Assembly (NCBI GenBank): GCA_964036045.1
Contig: OZ038378.1
Span: 170,128,001 to 170,192,000 of the forward strand
Direction of reading: 5' to 3'
DNA length: 64,000 bases
DNA from: Eutreptiella sp. 'Long Island Sound 2002'
Taxonomy: Eukaryota > Protista > Euglenida
Shown one piece after another: positions 48,316-59,470 of this stretch (position 1 is its first letter; every line of letters starts with the position of its first letter). The notes below the pieces were generated by a model. That model was not told where the DNA came from. It saw only the letters and a program-made list of their open reading frames with translations, and did no database searches. Made by a program: the position numbers and the translations under genes.

Positions 48316-48585
48316 CTGCAGGTTGCGCAAAGCCTTCCCAATGAGCTTCGTTTGCCATGTTTGCATGCCGATGCGGCTGTCGTCCATCCCGTCCGGCAAG
48401 AATTCCATGAACGTGTCATCATCGTCTACACCCACAAGCTCAAATAGTGACGTACAGATCTCTTGCGCTTGGATCACGGATTTTTCCAATGCCTCGACCG
48501 TAGCCTCGGCACAGTGAGGCACGTCGCACTCAGCTGGAGGGGACCAGGATGCGGGATCGGCTTCCAAAAACGCCATTTCCACGTC
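48316..48585 (-). CDS. Coiled-coil hypothetical protein, exon 4
   Basis: GGACAG|GAC GTG ... CTG CAG|GTCTGG. 270 nt, phase 0-0. Confidence 0.85.
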
Positions 48586-48918
48586 CTGTCCGCGGAGGGT
48601 AGCGGGGCGTGTTGGTAGAGCAATGGCGGCACAACGGCATTGTCCCGAGCACAACGGCCTTGCAACGGCATGGAACGGCGTGTAAGGTGGAGAACGAGTG
48701 CAACGGTAGTGCAATGGCAGTATATTGAAGGGTGACGAAATGAATGGAGCGGAACGTCAGGACAATCGCAGTTTAACGGAAACAGCAGCGTAATGGCAGT
48801 GCGCCCGAGTGTAGCGGCAATGCAATGGCGGCGAAGCGGAGCGCAACGTGAGCAGTATGACCGCAGCGGATGGGGCATAATGGCAGCGTGAATGCAGAGG
48901 GGCGCAGGGTATGGGTAC

Positions 48919-49101
48919 CTGTTTGAGGTGATTCAGGGCCCAGGAAACGGCATCGCGGCAGGAGTTGGACAGATCTCGGCTTTCGCTGGCCAACTCCTTC
49001 ACTTTATCGTGGAGCGGCCCGATTTTGGTCCTCTGATTCGCCTTCATTTCATTCAGCTTCGCTAGGGTCGATCTGTACTTCTTCTCATAATATTGGCGCA
49101 T
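48919..49101 (-). CDS. Coiled-coil hypothetical protein, exon 3
   Basis: GATGTAG|ATG CGC ... AAA CAG|GTACCC. 183 nt, phase 0-0. Encodes MRQYYEKKYRSTLAKLNEMK. Confidence 0.85.
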
Positions 49102-51894
49102 CTACATCCAACGCAACATGACTCGGCACTGCCGAAGAGCAGATGCAGACTTGACCATCCGATAGTCCATGGAAACCGGCTGTTGCGGAGCAATGCTGGT
49201 TTGGCACCCCCACATGCCCAGCCAAAGCCGCAACGGGTCTGGGGCGGGAGAGGGGGGCTGCACAACTACCACCCAAAATCCAAAAGTCAAGCCTCCGGGG
49301 GTACTTACGCCTACATTGAAAGTGTTCAGTTGGGTTACGCCTGACGTGTGGTCATCCCTGCTGTGGTTTGACACCTGTTTGCAGTGAGGCATAATATTGG
49401 CTCTTCCCATGAGGGGGCACCCGATGCAATTTTAGACCCCAACAGGGTTGTGGTGGCCAGAGGCCCCGGAGGGGGGAGGGGGGGGTACAGCCGGCAGCTG
49501 GGGGGGGGGGGGATCCAGAGTACCCCAACATAGAGACTTCAAAATGATCGCCATGTCGCGCTGATCATTTTGAGGGGTAGGCATGTTGGGGTCAAAATAG
49601 CTTTGTTCAAAAAGAAAATTACCCCTCCGAGGGTGGGTCCCAGCAGCTAAGGTGGGGGGGGGGGGGGGGTCAAGTTTTTTTTTCGTGTTTTGCCATCATT
49701 TTTGAATTCTCCATGAAATTCTGAGGATTTTGAGTATACGCACATAGAGTAAATTTTTTGTAGACCCAGCATTTGACAAAAAGTTGTTCCAGCACCTTTG
49801 GTGTCAAGATTATGGCCAACAATGGTCAGGACCAATGTGGTAGCCGGAGACCCAGAGGGGGGGGGGGGGGGTTGGGGTCGGGTATCTGAACAGGCAGCAC
49901 CCCACGGGCTCTGCCTGCACGACGTGGGTGGGTCCAATGCCATGCTCTTGTACCTTTGTGTTGTTAAGCACTTGACGCCAAAACACCGTTTGTGAGTCCC
50001 TGCACCGTTTGCTGTTAGTGGGGCCTCATTGGGCCTGTGGTACCCAGAGGGTGGGGAGGGGGGATGCCAGAAGGGCTAAGTAAGTATGCCGGTTGGTACT
50101 TCCGGATGTATGCAATGGTTTGGGCTCTTAGGAATCGATTGTGCGTTGCTTGTGCATCAAGGGACATCAGGGATATTGGGGCCAGGGGGGAGGGGGTCAG
50201 AGAGAAAAAAAAAATGTCACAAATTGGCCAGAACATCCAGTGTCAAAAGACACAGAGACGAATGACGTCCAGTGTACACCAGATTCCACACCCGCGGCAG
50301 AAGAGGGGAAAAGACAAGCAGAATTTTGAACCACTGCTCACATACGCGTAATTCTGTCGCCATGGCCCCTGCGGGGGGGCAAAAGGCGCGACACGCCATC
50401 TTTTCAATACCACTTGGAGGGCGCTCTCCGCCGCGGATGTGGGAAGTACAACATAGGGCTAGGGGGTGCTGCATATGTGGCTGTGGGAAAGGGACAAGGG
50501 GTGAACCCCAACATGTACCATTGAGAGACAATCATCAGTGGTCATCAATTGCACACAGGGGGCAAGCCTCATTCTGCTGCTTGATTTCCCAACAAAAGCA
50601 GCCCCGCCCCCCCCTTGGCCCCTGGGACAACCCCCCCCCCCCCGCCCCCTCCATTGAAACCGTGGATGTTCCTGGGTTGGTTTAGGGTTCCTGTCAATTG
50701 AGCTTCTTTTTGGGGGGGGGGGTCCAGCGAAGGCATTCTGTCAACCGCACCCCCTCAAGTGCAACTCCATCCACTGCAAGTCTAGGCACACGGTAGGCCA
50801 TTGCTGCCGGCGGTTGACAGTCAACTGCCTTTTGGGTTGGTAGGCAACGGTTGGGCGCCCCGCTGCCAGGGGACAAAACAACACTCTTTTCCTTTTTTGT
50901 TTGTGGAAGCTCTGCTTGGCGCCCTCTCTTAGAAGGCTCGGGGGTTTGCCAAGGAGCTGTGAGGGCAGCGTGATCACACCTTCCGTCGCACCGGCCGTGT
51001 TTCGGGGAGGCCGCTTTTTTTTTTGCACTCCCCAACCCCTCAGCCCATCGGTTGGGCGTGCCAAAATTGGGAAAAAGGGGGGGGGGGGCATTTTGTCTTG
51101 TGGGGTCGTGGTTTCGCGTGCGCAAACGTTTCCGATCGACCTCCTGCACCTATCAATACCCCCAGAATTCAGAATACCCTTCGGTCACACCTGCGACCAC
51201 TTTGGAGGTGATTGGACCGTTTAGAAACCCGGTCATCACCTCGCAGAGGTTGTTAGGTCAAAGCCAGGCAGGCGTATGTAGGGGAAAACGCCACATACCC
51301 CCATATTTTGGGCCTTTTTGGGCCTATTTGCGTACCCTACCCCAAGGGGTTGAATTGTTAGTTTAACCCCTTTTAAAATCATCACTTTGTCCAATAAACG
51401 CATCCCCCAATGAGTTTTTGGTCCGGATCCCCCCAGACCCCCCCCCACTTGAAACCCACTTTTTTGAGGTTTTGAGGGAGGTGGGGGGGGGGGGGTTGGC
51501 ACAATGCCCCGGGGGGGTGGGGGAGGGGGGGTGGTCAAAAATGACCCCCCCATTTTTTCGGGCGAAAACCATGAATCTTTTGGTTTTTTTCATTTTGAGC
51601 TAAAAAAGTGTTTCCGGCTGCCGACTCCATGGGGTTTGTATGGTGCGGAGTGGGACGAGCGCTCATGCAGTTTATGCACTTTTCAGCCATTTTTGCTATG
51701 TTGGCGGTTTTGGCGACCTCGGTGACCCCGTGGTACCCACTCTCAGGGGTGTGAGTGGGGATGTTGTGACAGTATATGCCTAATAGGATACGAAAGGACT
51801 TTTTTTTGCAGTCTCTAGCCCTGCCAAGGGCCGGTCAAAACCCGTGCCAAAGACACGAAATGACTGTTTACACCAATAATGGCTTACATGAGTG

Positions 51895-52445
51895 AATGGG
51901 CTGGTGCACAACCTACTTATGCAGTTTGTCACCTTGGACGGCTCAAAACTCGAAGTTTTCGAAAGTTATTTTGTTGATATTGTGATCACCTAAAATGACC
52001 ATCCAAGGCATGCAAAGCATGTTTTAGGCCGTATTTGTGTGGTTTTCACCTTATTTGGGTATTGGGTGTGCAGGGGGGTCTCCCAAGGGATTGACACACA
52101 ACCTGCTTAGACAGATTTTCACCATGGGCAGCTCAAAAATCGAAGTTTTCGAAACTCACTTTTTTGATACCGTGATCACCTAAAATGACCATCCAAGCTA
52201 TGTAAAGCATGTTTCAGGCCGTATTCATGTGTTTTTCACCCTATTTGCGATTGGGTGCCAAGGGGGGGGGGGGGGGTCAAACGGGATTGGTACACAACCT
52301 ACTGCAGTTTTTCACCTTGGACAGCTCGAAAATCGAAGTTTCCGAAACTTATTTTTTCGATATTGTGATCAGCTAAAATGATCATCCAAGGTATGTAAAG
52401 CATGTTTTGGCCCGTATTTATGTAGTTTTTACCCTATTTGGGGTA
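51895..52445. repeat. Tandem repeat, ~3 x ~190 bp
   Basis: CGAAGTTT(T)CGAA anchors at 51951, 52141 and 52334, each followed by TGATCA.CTAAAATGA.CATCCAAG. Confidence 0.85.
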
Positions 52446-53893
52446 TGTGTTGCTTGGGGTAGATTCTCCGCGAGGTGGACTTGCCGAATGCAATAAAAAT
52501 TTTGGTCTTAAATCACGAAATCTGTGCGGGTTTTGGGTTTCGAAAAGTGTTTTCTGGGTTCCACTCCCTTCACTTCTGCAGTATATGGCGTAGACTGGTG
52601 TGAGCCCAGAGAAGCCCAAGCATCAACAACAATCGGGGCAGTCGGCCAAGTAGAGAAATGCATTATCGCAATCGGTTGTGCGCAACACTCTAAGGCATTC
52701 TAAGGATAATATGCCTTTCCCGGGATTCCGACACACCTTCCCATCCGTCCATTGACCACTTCCACCCCGAACCACTACACAGGGGAGGAGGAAAAACCTT
52801 GCTTTTGGACACATGCAACGCAGAATGTTGCGCTATCAGCGGGTAATACTGGGTTGAGAGCCCCTCAACCCCGTCATCCACCCGCCCAAGGCGGGGGACC
52901 GGGGAGGGGTATGCATCTCCGCCAGAAGGACCAGACCCACCCCCACCACCCGTTTTTTTTTTGGGGGGGGGGTGGCAGAGCTTGGCGGGCCAATGGCCTG
53001 ATTTGGAATAGTGTGGAAGTGCGGTTCAGGTAGAGAGAATACCCTTGGTTCAAGGGTATGCATCTGACTGTCGCCTTCCATGCCCTATCTTGTTGAGCGT
53101 ATTGCTGAAGCCCAGCAGAACCGGATTGGAGAGGAGGGACGGGCAATCTTTCGTACGCCAGAATCCTACTCAGCATTGTATGGCAATGCCCTCGGCCCCG
53201 GTGGCAATGATGAATCGGCATTGGCCGTTCCACAACGCCACTTCAGCATTTTTGCACCAATTTTCTTCAGGAAAACAGTGCAAATAGAGAGGTCAAGGCT
53301 TACAGCAGGCCCCAGGCACGGCCAGAGGCCACAAAACGTGTCCCATTGCAGTCTACCGTCAGTGTAGTGCCCCAATATCACCAACCCGACGTTTCGTGGT
53401 GGAGACGAGAAACGCGAGCTTGGGGCGGTCAGGGGGTTGGAAGGGGACAGGGGAAGTTACTTGGGGATAACATAGGGCGAGGTCAAAACCAAACCCTAAC
53501 CCTAAACCAGACTAACTTGTTGGCGATAGGGGTTGATGGCAGGCTTTCGATGCACATACCCTGGGGAGGACCATACATTGTATCATTCCAGCCACATGTG
53601 ATGGACGTGCGTGCATCATGGCCTTTTTTGTGGTGGGCTACGTTGACAAAAATTTTCCTTCTGGCGCCTTCGGCGCAAAATGGAACTAATGGTCCCTGTG
53701 AATTGAGCCCTTTTCCCCGACCCCCCCACCCCGCCCAGTTGTGGCGGGCTCTTTTGACTGGCCCCCAAGTGAAAGACCGATTTCCCTTGCCTCAAAGGAA
53801 GGGAAAATGGAAATCATCTCGTTCCTTGCGCCCCCCCCCCACCCCCTCGCAGTTGGGTGTGTGCCATCCCCAGCACAGGGTCTCCCAGGACAC

Positions 53894-54257
53894 CTGCTCA
53901 AAATGCTCTATCTTGTTCATATCCTCCTCCATCGCTTTGAGCTCGGACCCCTTGAACCTTGACTTCAGCGCCTGGACCTGCAGCTGCGAGGCCTTGAGCA
54001 GCATATTGACCTCGTGATGTGCGGCAATCTTCTCTTCGACCTCCTCCTTCAGCTTCAACTTCTCCCTCTCACTCTCCGCCAGCTGCTCCTTCAGCAGCCG
54101 ATTCTTGGCCCTTAGCTTGACCACCATTCCCTCCTCTCTCTTCATGACCGTCGTCAGTTGATCATCTTTCGAGGCCATAAGACGCTCCACAATGGACTTC
54201 AGCTTGGGCTCTTCCTCTTCGATCACGCTGGCACTTTCAGCGACCAGAGTCCGGAAC
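53894..54257 (-). CDS. Coiled-coil hypothetical protein, exon 2
   Basis: CATTGCAG|G TTC CGG ... GAG CAG|GTGTCC. 364 nt, phase 2-0. Encodes RLLKEQLAESEREKLKLKEEVEEK. Confidence 0.85.
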
Positions 54258-55050
54258 CTGCAATGCAACACGTCCAACTGCAACAAGCGGTGCTGCCGGA
54301 GGGTCAAACAGGTTGAGTCCGTTTTCATGCGCTGCGGAGAAATGCTTCCCCAATTGTTGATGGTCAAAAATATTCCGCAACGCACCGCACGCGCGCCCGT
54401 GGTGCCGCACCGGTCCGGGTCAGCCAGCAATGGTCGATTTGAGAATCGCGCATTAGTGTGTTCCGGGGAAGCATGTTCGGTAATATTGGTGTCTAGACTC
54501 CCCATGAGGTGCGTGGCAGGTATGTGGCAGGTTGTTGGCAGGTGTGTGGCAGGTGCATGGCACGTGTGTGGGAAGGATGCAATGGCTTGATGCACATCCA
54601 TCATGTTCACAGCTGAGAAGCAGAGATGTGCGCAGAGCTGCTGAACATTCTTTGTGCTTTGCTTTCCGAACCAGAAGCAGCACACCCGTCCAGCAGCAGG
54701 ATCACGTGTCAAGACACAGCCCAAGCCCCGGCATCATAATCCTGCTTGTCCTCAGGGTTGCACACAGCCAAAACCAATGAACCAGAGGTGCAAACAAACA
54801 CTGGTCCAACAGGCTCCGTGTGCCTGAATCAGCCCGTGCTCTGCCATACTCTGAGCATCACACCCTCACCGAACCGCAAAAGCTGTTCAGTGCACAGCGT
54901 CCGCATGGCCGTGCATGCTCCAGCAAGGCAAGTGCACAGCCCGCAGTCAGACGGGCTGCACGGGGCACATACGCTGCACCGAGGCTGACCAAAAGCAATA
55001 CCCCCCACTGCCACGTTGACACATATTCATCGAGGGGTCACAGGCCCAAC

Positions 55051-55244
55051 CTGTCCAGAATGGCCGGTGTCCGCATGATGTACCATTCTTCGTCATCCTC
55101 ATCCTCCGGTTCCGGAAAAGGAGTAACGGTCGAGGCGTCGTCCAAGTCCAAGACAGAGTCGGACCCAGCGCTTAAACTGACCTCGGACGCCTGTCGCAAG
55201 GAATCCACAATGCCCCGCATGGTCTCTGCCGGAGGGGTCACCAT
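55051..55244 (-). CDS. Coiled-coil hypothetical protein, exon 1 (5' end uncertain; joined model 2850 nt, 949 aa)
   Basis: ATG GTG ACC ... GAC AG|GTTGGG, phase 2, completing AGG (Arg) with exon 2. Acidic PEPEDEDDEEW. Further upstream exons cannot be excluded. Confidence 0.7.
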
Positions 55245-56379
55245 TGTCCGGCAACACCCATGAACCCAGGAGGACTCACTCAGCAGGAAGCACTCAGACC
55301 ACACGCGTCGGAGCACAACATGAGGACATTGTGGATCCGGCAAATTACTTCACCAACTGGTCTGGAGGGCAGCAGAGAGCACGGCACATGGAGCAGTACA
55401 ACGCAAGCCCCTCCAGCGGTGCATCACAGGCCCCTCATCTCATTGGCTCCAGATTGAACAAAACGTCACTCAAAACCAACCCCACCCCATCCCAATTTGA
55501 AGCAGTTGTCACTGAAATGGGCTGCCCAAGAACGAACGTCATGATTGCGTTCGTCCAACCTGCAATCCACTGACTACGGGGGCCACCATCTTTTGGACTC
55601 AGATTCACAGAGTTCCCCAGATTGTGAGTAGGCCCCAAGTTACCAGAATGACCAGCTTGCATGCACTACAAAGACAAATCGTGAAAGCGGGCTCCATTGA
55701 TGCCCAATGGGACCCCCAATGCTTGCAAATACTTGGATCAATGCCAGCAAATGGGATCATTGGAGGGGAGGTGTCACCATGTACCAGAGAGATTCGTAGT
55801 ACCATTGAAGCTCTTGTCTCTTGCCATTCTGCACCCAAAAATGCAATGTTAACAACCTCTCACAGGTCATCTTTCTTTGGAACAGATTTACAGTGCCCAA
55901 CCAGAGGCCCACAGGAAATATCAACACCATTCCCAGTCTATGCTTGTTGTGCCACAGTTAGGGATCTTTGTGCCAAACTTTCCAGTAGGAATAGAGAATT
56001 GGTACCAAATTTTCCCTGCATGTGTTCATCTCACACAACGATGACAAAAGGTGGGCCACAAATACCCCCAAAGGCCCCAGCAATCCCGACAGCCCCTTTC
56101 AGCAAAATTTGAGGTACTAAGGGATCCTAGAGACATATTGAAGCAACTCCGACTAGTCTGCCAAAGGGTCCCTCCAGTGTTTGCCTTGTAGCCTTCGTTT
56201 GCGTGACACTGGCAGAGCGAATTGTGCAGCGGACGAGCGCTGAAAATGACGACTACAAAATTGCCTCCGGATCTTAAAACACCATGGCATAGTTTGGCAC
56301 AGTTGTGTTGAGCCGAGTTTTGGAATTCCAAATTTCGCCACTCCAACTATTCGCTTCCCTAGCAGTGGTCAATAAGCTA

Positions 56380-56990
56380 CAGAACTTACTTGAAACATTA
56401 TGAAATCGTCTGATGAATTTTATCCAATGCTTTGTATCAAAGGTCAAAGTTAAAGAACAAAACTGAAATTTCTAAGACCAATGTATGTGTGTTTTATTCA
56501 AATAATGTGCTTATTCTTAGTCTTTTAACTGAGACAATTTCTTACAAAATCTAAGAATATTTGATCTTGTTTGAATAAAGAATCCTTCACACTTATACTA
56601 GACAATCATTTTCCTCATAATTTAACTTCTCCAAGGAAAAAATTGATCTCTTACACAAAAAAATTCAAAAAAAATCGAGAATGTAACAAAGCTTTCCAAT
56701 TAGGATCTGAAACAAAACAAATGAGAATTCTTTAAACCACCTCAAAAAATTGTTTGGATTACAAAAAATAGAAATTTAAAAATGATTTCTCTTAAAAAAA
56801 ATACTTTTGATAAATTACTACCAAATAATATGAAAAGCTCACCATTCTTTAAAAGAGAATACTTCTCTTCTAGGATTAAAATAAACTTGAAAATTAATAA
56901 ACGCAATTACAAATCTGTTATGAAACCTGAAAGAAGAAAATGAACAATATGTCTCTCCTTGTAAAAGCTAAAATTGTCTATTCTATAATG
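56380..56990 (+). other. AT-rich island, possibly a degraded organellar DNA insertion
   Basis: Abrupt drop to roughly 25-30% GC (estimated by eye). One plus frame reads as a K/L/I/N-rich protein with scattered stops (KTEISKTNVCVFY...KKILLINYYQII). Confidence 0.45.
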
Positions 56991-58573
56991 TGTCTGATGG
57001 TGTGGTGACTGGCAACAATACATGGCCACAAGGTATTGGGATGATATACTGGACTAACTTGAGTTCTAAGAAGGCGAACCAGTGGCGGTATAGAGAGATG
57101 CAAGCTGACCCACAAGTTAGCAAAGAGTGCGTAGAATCATAGCTTGGGCATCGAAATATGGTCTGCTGCAGTCAAAGCTCGCAGTTTGCGCAACCGGTAC
57201 ATAGTGCATGAATTCATGGCTTGCACGGCTTCTCAAAAGTACACGGCGCACCATATCACACAATTCACGCGGCCCAAGGGCAAAGCGGTGCAAGAATGCG
57301 TCTTGTTCTGCATGGCATCATCCTATGGGATGCAGCATGAGGCAAACAGGAGTTTCAGGTGTATCCCCACGGGTCCCACAGTTGATACAAATAACGGATG
57401 CATGCAAATCTCTGCCCGAAGCCCTTGAAACGAATGCGGCTGCCTAGGGCCAGCCGTGCTTTGATTTATGTAACACGGGTGTACTGCGTCCGGGGCCCCC
57501 CCCAAAAAAAATTTATTTGGGGGGTTGGGGGCCCTTGGTGCCCCTTTTCCAAACCCCCCCCCCAGAGGGGGCTCCCAGGGCCGGCTCTCCTTTTCTCCAT
57601 TTTTGTCATGAATATTTCAAATCTCCACCACCCCTCCCTCCCCCCAAGTAAAAGGGCCCCATGCGACAACAGCAAGACACCAAAGGCAAGCGTTTTCACT
57701 AAAGAACATCGAGCCTCACAGAATCACAATGTTCCGGCAAATCGTTCTGGCACGTTACGGCATTTCCGGTGACCGGAACGGGGGGGGGGGGTGCTTTGTG
57801 AACATGCCTTGTGAACATGCACTCCCCCCCCTTGAAATCGTTGGAGGCAAGATTTCAGGCATGTGTATTGATGAAGCAAGCTTGTGGCCCTTGGAGCCCC
57901 TTTCCGCAACCCCCCCCCCCAAATTTGCAGGGGCTCCAAGGGCCCCCCTGCCCCCAAGTAAAATTTTCACCAGCCCAGGTCTGAAATTTGTTGTTTTTAC
58001 AAAATGCTCCCTAACCACCTCAACAAACTTCCATATCTCCAAAAACTGATGGAAGACACCTCGCGTTCTTCAACAAACTGGAGGAAGGCATCCCTACCCT
58101 ACCCTATCCCCCTTGCACAAGTACATCTAAAATTCTAGGAAAAAGCAGGTCGAACTTACTTCAAACACGCACAACACATACATGGGATCCTGAAATGCAC
58201 CCCAGAAGCCGCACGAGGGTCTGAAGGTTCACAAGTCCTAAGCAACAGCTGCGTGTTCACGAACCCTCACAGGCACACAGTGATCGATGTGCGGCCTTCA
58301 AATCACACCCACACAGCTCTTTTCAAAATTGGGATCGCGAAATCCAATGATCATGCACTGCGGGGACGATATAATTGGACAACTCCATCAATGTCACTCG
58401 ACTTCTCAACTCAGCAGTCGGCGGTGCTAGTGCACCGACGGATATATAAAGGTTAGCGCTGTCCGAAATAGTACACAAATGGACTACATCCGAGGCTCGA
58501 CACGGCCCCGGTCGACCAACTGCTGTAGGTGAATCGAATCGCCGAGCGCTGTCGGTTGACTCTACTGTTGCAG

Positions 58574-59470
58574 CCTGCAGCCTGCGGGCATCCCAACCAC
58601 AAGGAAAAAGAAGGTCCATTGTTCAAGACAGGGATTCTGAAACGACACGGTCAAGATGTTTGGAGTATAAGCGGGCTGGTTATGTTTGGCAGGCAAAGCA
58701 AGGCTTTTCGAACGGTCAGGAGTGATCTGAAAGAGGGAACAAAGGGGCGCCACGGGCTCAGAATACTGGAAGATGCTCCAACACACTACAAATTAATGCA
58801 AATGCAAATTAATGAAGCCGAGGAGCATTGCACGCAGGTCAAAGTGGCAGCTTTCAGTGGCAAAGGTCGTCTGAGACGGAATGCAGAGGTAAGGAATTCA
58901 AAACAAACGCAGGAATGGGTATGGGGTCACTGGCAACAATATTTGGGTCATTTGGGATTTAGGTCAGTGTCACCACAAAAACCGATCACTCCGTGAGTGC
59001 CCTTTGCAGTTCTCCGATCGCCTACGCCCCGTCCCCTTGTCCTCCCGTCCGTTGCCCTTCATGCCCCATCCCCCCTTTGCCTGGCAGGCACATCGTCCTG
59101 TATCGTCTCTGCAACCGCTCCAAACCTCCTCCTTCAATGCCCGCCACATGACAGTACAACGAGGTCCAGGCAGAAACTCGGGCGGTGCTCAGGACAAATT
59201 TTGGAGAGTTCTGGAAGAAGACTGCTGCACCGCAGGAAAAGGATGGCGTGCGGGGAGTTCGCAAATCGGTGTCCGCCGTGGTCCCGTTCCTCCCGGAATG
59301 GTGTCCCCACGCTTTCCCGCTTTACCGCCTGAAATGTTTGCATTTCAAACTCTGACCACTTATTCAACGCAACGTTCCAAAGATTGTGTAGCTCCGGCTC
59401 AAATTGATACATCATTTATGATTGATGAGCCACAGACGCAACCTCCTATTGATTTGAGCTTTTTAAAGGG
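58574..59470 (+). other. Possible pair of plus-strand exons (58574-58888 and 59088-~59470), function unknown
   Basis: TTGCAG|CCT..GAG|GTAAGG (315 nt, open) and TGGCAG|GCA are in compatible phase 0. No recognisable domain and no consistent upstream exon. Confidence 0.25.

Noticed and set aside
3775-52445. CRISPR-like arrays (95-, 162- and 190-bp repeats)
   Set aside because: Whole units are duplicated with no unique spacers, there are no cas genes, and the context is eukaryotic.
53492-53505. Interstitial telomeric repeat (AACCCT)2
   Set aside because: Only two units, which is expected by chance.
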